Positions 47,940 through 57,017 of a stretch of 64,000 bases of DNA are shown in pieces. How positions within the stretch are numbered: position 1 is the first letter of the stretch; every line of letters starts with the position of its first letter. The position numbers were made by a program, and so were the translations under genes. The DNA comes from Myxococcota bacterium (GTDB lineage Bacteria > Myxococcota_A > SURF-8), in NCBI GenBank assembly GCA_963674735.2, contig CAXXQS010000001.1, forward strand, positions 768,001 through 832,000, in the 5' to 3' direction. The notes beneath the pieces were generated by a model. It did not search any database. It saw nothing but the letters and a program-made list of their open reading frames with translations, and was not told the DNA's origin.

Positions 47940-49292
47940 CTACTCGCCGGATGTCGTTTTTCGGTAGATGGTTCGGACGGCAATGCCCAGAATTTGCGCA
48001 GCCAGCTTTTTGTCCCCAGCGGTGCGTTGCAGGGTGTCCTTGATCAGACGTTGTTCGATTTCGTCGAGAGTCAAGCCGAAGGGAATTTTGTATTCACTGG
48101 GAGGCTTGGGTTTGCCTTCGTGTTCGAAGAAATCTTCCGGTTCAAGGACATTGCCGACGGTTAGGACGACGGCGCGTTCGATCATTTTTTCCAATTCGCG
48201 TACGTTGCCCGGCCAGTTGTGCTGCATGAGCCGCTCGATGGCTTGTTGGGAGATCGCCTTGATCGGTTTGTTGTTTTTTTCGCAGTAGCGTCGAATAAAG
48301 TGTTGCGATAACAACGGAATGTCGTCGCGTCTGTCACGCAGGGGGGGTAAGGTCAGCGTGATGACATTCAGGCGGTAAAAGAGGTCTTCGCGGAAGCGCT
48401 TGGCTTCGACTTCTTCTGCAAGATTTCGATTCGTCGCCGCGACCAGGCGGAAGTCGACTTTGATGGGCTTGGCAGAGCCGAGACGCTCAAACTCCCATTC
48501 CTGTAACAATCTCAGCAGTTTAGCTTGTAAGGTGAGGCTCATGTCGCTGATTTCGTCTAAAAACAGCGTGCCGCCTTCTGCGGCCATGATGCGCCCGTCT
48601 TTACGTTGCGTGGCTCCGGTGAAAGCTCCCTTTTCGTAACCGAACAGCTCCGCTTCCAAAATGGATTCGGGCAGGGCGGCGCAGTTGACGGCCACGAAGT
48701 TCCGCTCCTCGCGTCCGGACAGCCGGTGAATGGCGCGGGCGAAAAGCTCTTTGCCGGTTCCCGAATCACCCAGAATGAGCATGGTGGCGGTGGAGGGCGC
48801 GGCCTGTTTGAGAATTGTCAGCGGTTTCTGCATGGCCGGAGCGGAGCCGATGATTTCCGCCAAGCCGTCAACCTGCTGCAGCTTGGCTCGTAACTCCCGG
48901 TTTTCAGCCAACAAACGACGTCGTTCCATCGCGCGTTCGACGGTTTGAATGACCTGGAGCTTGCGGATCGGCTTGGTGATGAAGTCGTAAGCCCCTGATT
49001 TCATAGCTTGAACAGCGGTTTCTACCGTTCCGTAGGCGGTCATCAGAATGACCTGGCAGTCCAGTTCAAGCGTGCGTACGGTCTTCAGGACGTCCAGGCC
49101 GTCCACTTCACCCGGCATGATCAAGTCGGTGAGAACGACGGGGAAGTCGTCCGAGCGCAGTTTGTCGATGGCATCTTTGCCGCGCGATGAGGTTTCGACG
49201 ACGTAGTTTTCTTTTTCGAAAATCCGTGCCAAAGTGGCCAGATGTTCGACTTCATCGTCGACAATCAGGATTCTTTTTTCCATCCACGACAT
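47940..49292 (-). CDS. Sigma54-dependent response regulator (NtrC family)
   Basis: Receiver (DDE, D..MP, KP), GDSGTGKE, GAFTGA, FREDLFYRLNV, WPGNVREL, Fis-type HTH. Confidence 0.97.
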   Translation of the reverse strand: MSWMEKRILIVDDEVEHLATLARIFEKENYVVETSSRGKDAIDKLRSDDFPVVLTDLIMPGEVDGLDVLKTVRTLELDCQVILMTAYGTVETAVQAMKSGAYDFITKPIRKLQVIQTVERAMERRRLLAENRELRAKLQQVDGLAEIIGSAPAMQKPLTILKQAAPSTATMLILGDSGTGKELFARAIHRLSGREERNFVAVNCAALPESILEAELFGYEKGAFTGATQRKDGRIMAAEGGTLFLDEISDMSLTLQAKLLRLLQEWEFERLGSAKPIKVDFRLVAATNRNLAEEVEAKRFREDLFYRLNVITLTLPPLRDRRDDIPLLSQHFIRRYCEKNNKPIKAISQQAIERLMQHNWPGNVRELEKMIERAVVLTVGNVLEPEDFFEHEGKPKPPSEYKIPFGLTLDEIEQRLIKDTLQRTAGDKKLAAQILGIAVRTIYRKTTSGE

Positions 49293-49599
49293 GTTCAATT
49301 TCCTAGTGTCCGTTTCGCTGATTGGGTAGCATAGTTCGAAGGTGAATGCAACCACAAGGTCTTGATTTTTTTATGTTGCACTATGATTCCGGCTATGCTA
49401 ACGTCCCGACCGACCACTCATATGGGACGGGGGTCCGTTCCCTGTTTGTGGAAATATTGATCGAATTCCAAAAGAATTCCGGTGTTCCTAGCAACCAACA
49501 TTAAAAGACCCGGAAAAAGTCCTTTGCTGGCTGATTCGGGATCGCGTTTGAGAAATTACGGTTTGTCTACCACGTTGTTTTCTTAAAGGAGGATTACCC

Positions 49600-52500
49600 A
49601 TGCGTTTTGGTAATCAATCTACGGGCCGGAGATCGATGTTGCCGTGGCTGCTGATGCTGCTGATCATCTCGGCAGTCTGGCTGATCAACTGCAATGACCA
49701 TCGCTTTACGCCTCTGGCGGATATCGAGGTTTATCCCGATGTCATCGATTACGAGGTGCAGCGTACCTCGCAGCTTACCGAGGAGATTCTGATTACCAAC
49801 AAAGGCGTTTCCGCCAAGTTGGAAATCTACGAAATCAACTTGGAGGATTCGAGCGGCGGTGTCCTGACTGAAGAATACGAGCCGGTAACCGACCAGACTC
49901 AGCTTATGCAGAATCTGGTTCCGAAACGGCTGTCCGATGGTTCGGCCATTGCGTACCTGACGGCCCCGATGGGACTTATCTCGGACGTCTCCTGCGAGGA
50001 TGATAGCTACTGTCATTGTACACCGGATACGGAGTCGGGAGAAACCTGCACCTACGCACTGGGCGATTCCACGGTGAACAAAGAACGCATGGGTGAGGGT
50101 TTTGTCTGCGCCCAGCATCCGCTGAATCCCAATGCCGGTAAAGTTTGCCTTGCTTACTTCAAATACTTCAATAACGCCGGAAACACCTTTACCGACGAGG
50201 CCGGCGAAGCGCATGTGAACGTTGCGCGGCAGGCGACCTGGGGCGGCGAATCCAAGACGGCCTGCACGGACTCCACCGCCTGCACGAGACTGGGACCGGA
50301 TTTTGTTTGCAAGGCTTCCGGAGTCTGCGGCACCGATATCCAGTTCGGCTTCTCCATGGAATACGGCCTGGAGCGCATGGTCGCGGTTAACAGCGAATTG
50401 GTGGATACCGATAAAGCCGCCGTTTGGAAGAGCATCGATGGCCGGGAAATCTGCCTGGTGGACGAGCAGGGCAATACGACGAGCGATTCCGCTTTTTACG
50501 GTCTTAACCGCTGCGATCAGATGGCTCTCAAGCGCTATGTCAGCGCGATCGATGACGGCGACGACCGTGTCGGTTACCGTTTGGTGCCCAAACGCCAGGC
50601 CAACTATCGCGTGATGGTCTCGGCTGTGGAAGGCGAAATCGGCCAGGCCAAGTACGTCACTTTCTGCGATAACGGCGAAGCGGTGGGCGTTAACGACATC
50701 ATGTTGGACGACCCGCTGGCCGGTCAGGATTGCTTGAATAGCGACAACGAAGTGAAATCCGATCTGCTTTCGATTTCGCCGGAAAATGTCAAGCTCGACC
50801 AGCTGCCTGTACGCATTCTTTACGATCCGATGTCGGATTACGATTCGGCGGCGGTGCTGTCGGGCAAAATCTTCACGATGCGCATCTTCAATTCGGCCCG
50901 CGTGGGTAACTCTTACGAGCGCACTGTTTCTTTGACCTTGCCTGAGAATCGCGGTGGACCCCCCATTCCGATCATCGAGATTCCGGCCGATCAACAGGAT
51001 CCGGAACCGTTGGATGTTATCCATCTCGACGGTCGCAACAGCGAGTCGCCTTTCGGTGACGAACGTAAACCCTTCCAGTACTACTGGGAGTGGGCGCCGG
51101 GTGGCAAACCCGCCTATGCGCAGGATGCCGTCTTGATCGAATCCACCGGCGATTTCGACAACCCCCGCTCGATCATGGGTAAGTGGACTGCCGAAGGCTA
51201 TCCGAAGATCTTCTTCCCCATCGCGGGTGAATACAAGATTCGTCTGCGCGTGAAGGATGCCGCCGGTGTCGAGAGCGGTCCCAACGACGACTGCCCGACC
51301 TGTCCCGAATATGACGAGATCACCATCAAGGTCAAGCCGTCGCAGAAACTCCACGTGGAGTTGATCTGGGACCGTGGCGACCAAGTCGATCTCGATCTCT
51401 TCCTGGTGCGCTATCGTGCTGACGGCACCTTCGCCGTTCCGGCTCCTTTCCAGGATCGCATCCAGCCTCCGCAAGTGACGATGTATGCTTGTGAAGACGA
51501 CAGCGACTGCTACGACGGTGCGTTCACCTGCAATACCGGTACCGGCTACTGCCAGAATTCCTGCCAAAGCGACGCGGACTGCAAAGCGGTCAGCGGCGGC
51601 TGGTACTGCAATGAATTCAACGAGTGCGCCATCCATGCCGATGGTGTGATCGAATGCGAAAGCGATGCGGACTGCAACGGCGGATCCTGCAACCCGAGCA
51701 AAGTTCGGGCGGAATACAAGATGATCTGCACCAGCCATAATTCCGATTCCGTCAACGACACCTGCTTCTTCCTGAACGGCCAGCCGCGCTGGGGCGAATA
51801 CGACAACGTATCGTTGGGCTGCGTATCGGATACCGATTGCAACAGTGCGGGCGATGAGACCTTCGCTTGCGGAACCAACGATTTCTGCGACTTCACTTGC
51901 AACAACTCGGCTGAATGCCTCGGCAAGAGCCCGCAGTACCTGTGCGGTGAAGGCGGAGCCTGTGTCGGGAACAACCAGGACGACGATCCCACCCTCGACA
52001 TCGATGACGTGGATGGTTGGGGTCCGGAAAACATCTCTCTCAAAGAGCCGGTCACCGGAACCTATCGTGTGGTGGCGCGTCTGTATGCCGATCCCTATAC
52101 CGTGGTCAACAACACGTCTCCCAACGGTCCGGTCAAAGCCTTCGTGCAGATCTACCTCAACGGTGAGCTGGCGTTGTCCAAGGGGATCGGGCATGAGCTG
52201 TATTCCCCGAGCACCTACTGGAAAGTCGCCGACATCGAATGGGACTCCACGTTGGGTGAAGGGGGCGACGGCGAAGTTCTTCCCATCTGCGCGGGCTGGA
52301 CGCTCACCAAGTGCGGAAACACCGCCGATTGCGAAGACTGGTATGGCGACGATTATTCCTGCGGACAGCGCCAGTGGGGCAAGTTCTGCTCGACCTGCAA
52401 CGGCTTGGGTGCGCCGGATGAGTGCAATCCGACCATCGCCTGCTCCAGTGACGCCGACTGTGTGAATGAGATCTCCTCGAAGATCTGTTCCGAAATCAAG

Positions 52501-52689
52501 GCCGACTACTGCAAATGCGAAGGTTCGAACGAGTACGGCAGCTTCGAAGCCGATCCCTATGCCAACCCGTTCATCACCAGTGTGGGTGGACAGTTCGATC
52601 CCAACGACGATCTGTCAAGCCGTTCCATCTGGTGCGATGCGCCGGAGCAAAAATACAACGACACGGACGCCTGTTCCTCGCTGTATTAA
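49600..52689 (+). CDS. Large Cys-rich lipoprotein with PKD-like and YfaP/DUF2135-like domains
   Basis: RBS GGAGG; signal ending LINC; LDGRNS and GEYKIRLRV.D (PKD-like); VELIWD...DLDL and LDIDD.DGWGPENI; many C.SD.DC repeats. Confidence 0.8.
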   Translation: MRFGNQSTGRRSMLPWLLMLLIISAVWLINCNDHRFTPLADIEVYPDVIDYEVQRTSQLTEEILITNKGVSAKLEIYEINLEDSSGGVLTEEYEPVTDQTQLMQNLVPKRLSDGSAIAYLTAPMGLISDVSCEDDSYCHCTPDTESGETCTYALGDSTVNKERMGEGFVCAQHPLNPNAGKVCLAYFKYFNNAGNTFTDEAGEAHVNVARQATWGGESKTACTDSTACTRLGPDFVCKASGVCGTDIQFGFSMEYGLERMVAVNSELVDTDKAAVWKSIDGREICLVDEQGNTTSDSAFYGLNRCDQMALKRYVSAIDDGDDRVGYRLVPKRQANYRVMVSAVEGEIGQAKYVTFCDNGEAVGVNDIMLDDPLAGQDCLNSDNEVKSDLLSISPENVKLDQLPVRILYDPMSDYDSAAVLSGKIFTMRIFNSARVGNSYERTVSLTLPENRGGPPIPIIEIPADQQDPEPLDVIHLDGRNSESPFGDERKPFQYYWEWAPGGKPAYAQDAVLIESTGDFDNPRSIMGKWTAEGYPKIFFPIAGEYKIRLRVKDAAGVESGPNDDCPTCPEYDEITIKVKPSQKLHVELIWDRGDQVDLDLFLVRYRADGTFAVPAPFQDRIQPPQVTMYACEDDSDCYDGAFTCNTGTGYCQNSCQSDADCKAVSGGWYCNEFNECAIHADGVIECESDADCNGGSCNPSKVRAEYKMICTSHNSDSVNDTCFFLNGQPRWGEYDNVSLGCVSDTDCNSAGDETFACGTNDFCDFTCNNSAECLGKSPQYLCGEGGACVGNNQDDDPTLDIDDVDGWGPENISLKEPVTGTYRVVARLYADPYTVVNNTSPNGPVKAFVQIYLNGELALSKGIGHELYSPSTYWKVADIEWDSTLGEGGDGEVLPICAGWTLTKCGNTADCEDWYGDDYSCGQRQWGKFCSTCNGLGAPDECNPTIACSSDADCVNEISSKICSEIKADYCKCEGSNEYGSFEADPYANPFITSVGGQFDPNDDLSSRSIWCDAPEQKYNDTDACSSLY

Positions 52690-52706
52690 GCTTTTCAACG
52701 GATGTC

Positions 52707-52907
52707 TCAAAAGCGGGCCTGCGGGCCCGCTTTTTTTGTGTTCTCGGCCATGTTGCCGAAAGCCGCGCTTGTCTGGGTGTAGTTCGCCAAGGCTTGGCAG
52801 AGCTTGTCGCGGAAATCCTCGACGCTCTCGCCGTCCATCAACGGAACGCTGTCGGCCTTCGAGAACAGATCGACACACAGCTTTTCAATTGTCTTGAAAA
52901 GACTCAT
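52707..52907 (-). CDS. Small hypothetical protein
   Basis: ATG preceded by GGGGGGA; 66 aa; ends within the terminator. Confidence 0.4.
   Translation of the reverse strand: MSLFKTIEKLCVDLFSKADSVPLMDGESVEDFRDKLCQALANYTQTSAAFGNMAENTKKAGPQARF
52708..52737. terminator. Bidirectional intrinsic terminator
   Basis: AAAAGCGGGCC-TGCG-GGCCCGCTTTTTTT between convergent genes. Confidence 0.9.
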
Positions 52908-52938
52908 GGAATCCCCCCCAGGGATGTCTTATTGAATT

Positions 52939-53160
52939 TTACTCAGGCTTGTATTCTTCTAGCAGTTCCGGCGCGAACGATTCAAACACGTAGTCGCCAG
53001 TCTGGCCATCTATCACTTTATCGTGTGGCGTATCGCTTTCATATATCGTCTCTGGGATACCACCCGGAAAAGCCAGACATCGCCCTATGGCGCGTCCCTT
53101 TTTTCTATCAACATACATACTTTGCAAGTGCTCGCAAAATGAACACTGGTCACCGAGCAT
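52939..53160 (-). CDS. Small CxxCxH / CxAFPxGIP protein (putative toxin immunity protein)
   Basis: QCSFCEH...CLAFPGGIP..I....PH.....Q.GD.VFE pattern; overlaps the upstream ORF stop. Confidence 0.7.
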   Translation of the reverse strand: MLGDQCSFCEHLQSMYVDRKKGRAIGRCLAFPGGIPETIYESDTPHDKVIDGQTGDYVFESFAPELLEEYKPE

Positions 53161-53400
53161 TTTTCAGTTCCTCCATGGCTCTACGCCAACTCGGTCTAAA
53201 ACCGGAAGTGTCGAATCCTTTCATTTCCAAAACAAAAGCCTCGGCAAGTACCTCTTGCGGCCTTTCGATATGATCGTTTTCAGCGTTTTTCCTGCTCTGG
53301 AAACTCTCAAATGATAGCATTTTCGATACGAGATTGTAAACATCAAGTGGAACCGCCACACGGCATTTCAATTCTGATTAAGTCTCGAATAATCTTCGAT
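53150..53400 (-). pseudogene. 5'-truncated toxin-like C-terminal fragment
   Basis: EVLAEAF motif reminiscent of zincin-type toxin C-termini; no good start; REPIN immediately upstream. Confidence 0.4.
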
Positions 53401-53407
53401 TAATGAT

Positions 53408-53483
53408 GGGTGGCACGGGCTAAATCGTCAGGTTTGCCCGTGAAAACAGCATGGGCAAGCCAAAGGCTTGGCCCATGGCACCC
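53408..53483. repeat. GGTG-type REPIN (inverted doublet)
   Basis: GGGTGGCACGGGC...GCCCGTG, spacer, CATGGGC...GCCCATGGCACCC; same family as the 20.2 and 21.2 kb palindromes. Confidence 0.8.
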
Positions 53484-53610
53484 CGAAAGCCGAAGTATCG
53501 TGGGTGGAAAACGGTGAAAAGCTTAGAATTGAAACGCCGTGGGAACCGCCATCCTAGATGAGACGAGTGTCCTGCTTTCTTCAAGATTCCCCGATTTGCG
53601 GTTTGCGCCA

Positions 53611-53640
53611 AATAAAAACCCCCGCGCCTGGCGGGGGTGA
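53611..53640 (-). terminator. Intrinsic terminator after the DUF2961 gene
   Basis: Minus strand ACCCCCGC-CAG-GCGCGGGGGT followed by TTTTATTT. Confidence 0.75.
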
Positions 53641-53661
53641 AAAGCAGAGAATAACGCGGGC

Positions 53662-56600
53662 TTAGTCGGTGACCTGCCCCAGGCAAACTTTGTCGATGGC
53701 GACGTCGTAGCTGGTCGATAAGGCGTTTTTATCCACCAGGCGGAATTGGAAGAAGACCGAGGTGGGGTCGCCTTCGCCATCGAAGGGGTAGATGTAGCGG
53801 TCGCCGATTTCGAGGGGCCCCCACGGCTCTTCGCTGGCGGCGTAACCGTCCTGGTTGCTACCCAGTGTGGTGGAGCCGACACTCAACATCCAGATGCCCA
53901 TGGCCGGCCCTTTCATCCCGTGTACGGTAATACGGTAGGTTCCGGCGTCGAGAATGTCGTCGGTTTTCAATACCAGCTTTTGGAAAGTGGAGGTTCCATC
54001 GAAATAAACCAACTGGTTGTTGGAATAGCCGTCGCGGGTTTGAATCTCGGCGGCGCCGTTTGTGGTCGAATCGAAGTCAACGGTATCCTCCGCTTCGAAG
54101 CACACGGGGCGCACGCCGGTGACCACTTCAAGCGAATTCGAGCAGATGCTGCGCTGTCCGGTGCAATCCTCCGCCTGGACGCGGTAGAAGTAGGTGGATT
54201 CCGAATCCAACGTATCGTCGCAGTATTCGGTTTCCGATGTGGTAGCCAGGAAGGACAAATCGCTGCAGTCGAATACCTGCGAGCTGCTGCTCCGGTAAAC
54301 GTGGTAATAAGCGGGCGGAGTGCCGTCCGGCGTGTCCCAGTGCAGACAAGCGGTGAGGCCGACGTAGGTGGTGTCGCCGAAGTTTTCGACTTTGCCCGGC
54401 CCTTCGCTTTGTTTGTCAAGCGGTAGGATCGAATAGGCGTAGAGCTCGTAAGCGTTCCATTCTTCTCCGCCCTGGTAGTCGAATTTCAGGCGAATCTGGC
54501 TTTTGCCCTCGGTATATTGCTTGGGGATATCGAAGATGCCTTCACGCCAGCGCAGGTTGACATTCTGGCCGGGACTGTACCAATGGCCGATATCGGTGTA
54601 GCTGTCGTCCAGGTTTTTGATCTGTACGATGGCATCCATGTTGCGGTACTTGTAGTCGAACAAGCGCACCAGACGAACCCCCTCGTTTTCGGGGTTGATG
54701 GCGAAATCCATGGCCATGAAGCCTCGGTCGTTGGCGGTCCCGGTGACACCGCGTCCCGAAGCCGTGAACGTGGATTCCCAGCTCTCTCCTTCAAAACTGC
54801 TGGTGACATTCTGGTGGGCGTACAAGTCGTTGAGGATGGCATCCGTGAAGTTATGGTTGCTCATGCTGAGGGTGTTCCCCAGATCGACCATGTCGGCGGC
54901 CGAACGGGCGGTGATACCTTCCAGACAGGACAAATAGTAGTAAACGACGCTCCGGTAGTTGGCCAGTTTATCGTTTTCGCCGCCGACTTCAAATCCCAGG
55001 GATATCGAGCGGTAGAAGGGAAGGGCATCGGATAAAAAGAGGCGACGCGCCGTGAACTGGAACGTCGGGTAGCCCGCATTCTTCCAAACGGAGAACAGAG
55101 GATGTTCGTAGGGTGGCGCCTGCCACAGGTTGTTGCCGTTGAAGAAGTTGTCGGTGCCGGTTCCGATGACGAGCGGATAGGTCATGCCGTCGATGATGAA
55201 ACGCTCGTCTCCCTGGAGAAAATCTTTGTAATAATGGGTGCTTTCGCTTTCGGTGGCGAGTGTGATGCCTACCACGTGACCCTGCCCGACGGTGTCGAGG
55301 GCTTTGAAATCCTGGCCGATGGTCGTCGGGAGCGCTTCTGCGTATTTCGCGTGGAAATGTCCCACGCTGCGGGGATAGTCGTTGGGGCCCAGATCCAGAT
55401 TGAATTCAAGCTGTTGAATCATCGTGGCCGATTCGTTCCGGATCTTGATCAACACTTCGTCCCAGTAGGGCATGGGGAAGTAACAGTACCATTGGCCGCT
55501 TTCGCTCATTCCGACCATCAGGCTCTGAAATTCGACCTGGCCGAAACCGGAACCGAAGAAAAGTCCGATCGGGACACTGACATCGGGGGTGGACTTTCCT
55601 TCCCAGTAGATGTCCAGCCAGGTTTGGTCAAGCACTTCCTGCGTGAACGGGGTGAGATCGAGATACATGCCGTTGATGGTTCGGGCGGCGAAATTCTCGA
55701 AAACCGTGACGCTACCCTGGGCGGGCACCTGTACGGTGGCGCTGGGGTGGTCGGGGGACGTGGTCGGCTTCGGATCCTGACCGACATTGTTTAAAGCGTT
55801 GACAGCCTGCGAAACGTCCATGTCGAGGGTGAAAGTCTCCAGATCGCCTGCTTCGGCATAGGTGTGGTAACCGAAGCTGAATCCGTGGGTTAGGCCGCTG
55901 ATGGTTACTTTCATCTCTTCCCGGTAGCAGATCGGGACGTAGGAATAGAACGAATCGTTCCAGCTTGGGCCGTCGGGAACGCGACCCACCAGCGGGGCGA
56001 GGAAGGGAGACGTCTCACCGGCGAAAAATTCGCCGACGGTGGTATTGATGCGGGCGGCATCTTCGCCTTCGAAGTAGAACTTGATGCGATACGTGCTGAT
56101 GCTGTTAGGTTCGCCGAGCCAGATACGATAGATACAACCGGGCCGCTTACTATGCATCAGGACCTGCTCGCCGCCGTCAAGATACAGGTTAGTCCAGGAG
56201 TTGTCCTGGTTGGCCCCGAGAGGATCGCGGCTGCTGTTCTGTTCCAAATGGGTGGAGGGGTTGATCCGGAAGTAGGGCAGCCAATCCAGGCGGGTAAGCG
56301 CTTCAACCGCCTGCGGGTTGGGGTAATCATCGGACGCGGTTCCGTCCGTATCGCCGTCGATGTCTCCGTCGACGTCTCCGTCGGTATTCTCGTCCGTATC
56401 TCCATCGGTGCCGAGGTCATCATCCTGATCGCCATCGGGGTTGTCGCCATCGGGGTTGTCGCCGTCGGGATCATCGCCGTCGGGGGCCTCGTCTTCGTCT
56501 TTGTCTCCGTCCGGAACGGGGATTTCGCAGAGGTTCGTGGTTGTGTCGCAGAATTTTCCAGTCGGACAGTCGTCATTGTTTATGCAGCAATTGATCCCGA

Positions 56601-56760
56601 TTGGGCAGGCGCAAGCCCCATTGACGCATTCGAGGGGAGGATCGCAAACACAGGCATCGCCATCGCTATCCGTACCGCCGCCGCCGCTGCATCCGGATAC
56701 GATAAGGATATTGAGAATAATCAGAGAGGCGATGAAAAGGGTCGAAACGAATCTGAACAT
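53662..56760 (-). CDS. Lipoprotein with DUF2961 (GH172-like) domain, FN3-like and CBM-like modules, DGD repeats
   Basis: Lipobox VSGC; PGCIYRIW, VPIGLFFG.G, CYFPMP, GHFHA, G.GH.VG, GTGT..FN; YFYRVQA (FN3-like); FEAED (CBM-like). Confidence 0.85.
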   Translation of the reverse strand: MFRFVSTLFIASLIILNILIVSGCSGGGGTDSDGDACVCDPPLECVNGACACPIGINCCINNDDCPTGKFCDTTTNLCEIPVPDGDKDEDEAPDGDDPDGDNPDGDNPDGDQDDDLGTDGDTDENTDGDVDGDIDGDTDGTASDDYPNPQAVEALTRLDWLPYFRINPSTHLEQNSSRDPLGANQDNSWTNLYLDGGEQVLMHSKRPGCIYRIWLGEPNSISTYRIKFYFEGEDAARINTTVGEFFAGETSPFLAPLVGRVPDGPSWNDSFYSYVPICYREEMKVTISGLTHGFSFGYHTYAEAGDLETFTLDMDVSQAVNALNNVGQDPKPTTSPDHPSATVQVPAQGSVTVFENFAARTINGMYLDLTPFTQEVLDQTWLDIYWEGKSTPDVSVPIGLFFGSGFGQVEFQSLMVGMSESGQWYCYFPMPYWDEVLIKIRNESATMIQQLEFNLDLGPNDYPRSVGHFHAKYAEALPTTIGQDFKALDTVGQGHVVGITLATESESTHYYKDFLQGDERFIIDGMTYPLVIGTGTDNFFNGNNLWQAPPYEHPLFSVWKNAGYPTFQFTARRLFLSDALPFYRSISLGFEVGGENDKLANYRSVVYYYLSCLEGITARSAADMVDLGNTLSMSNHNFTDAILNDLYAHQNVTSSFEGESWESTFTASGRGVTGTANDRGFMAMDFAINPENEGVRLVRLFDYKYRNMDAIVQIKNLDDSYTDIGHWYSPGQNVNLRWREGIFDIPKQYTEGKSQIRLKFDYQGGEEWNAYELYAYSILPLDKQSEGPGKVENFGDTTYVGLTACLHWDTPDGTPPAYYHVYRSSSSQVFDCSDLSFLATTSETEYCDDTLDSESTYFYRVQAEDCTGQRSICSNSLEVVTGVRPVCFEAEDTVDFDSTTNGAAEIQTRDGYSNNQLVYFDGTSTFQKLVLKTDDILDAGTYRITVHGMKGPAMGIWMLSVGSTTLGSNQDGYAASEEPWGPLEIGDRYIYPFDGEGDPTSVFFQFRLVDKNALSTSYDVAIDKVCLGQVTD

Positions 56761-57017
56761 GCTCCGCTACCTCATTTTTCTTATTTCTTCACGACGGTCT
56801 CGCACCGGCAATTTGTATTTCCGTGGCGTCTATCTATCATAATAGAAAAAGGGGTGTCGCATCAATCTTTTTTATCAGTCTTCATGACGATCTATAATGT
56901 CTCGTGGAAGCGGAGAGTTTCACTGAAAAGGGTTGCGTCTCCCCAAGTAGTGTGCTATGAGAAACGTGTTAGGTGAATGGGCATTCATTCAAAATCGATA
57001 TTGAATGCGATTGAGAA

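Noticed and set aside
49400-49599. Riboswitch in the long leader of the Cys-rich lipoprotein
   Set aside because: No recognisable aptamer consensus by eye
49594-52194. 866-aa ORF on the minus strand
   Set aside because: Antisense shadow of the Cys-rich lipoprotein gene; typical of GC-biased codon usage; no motifs
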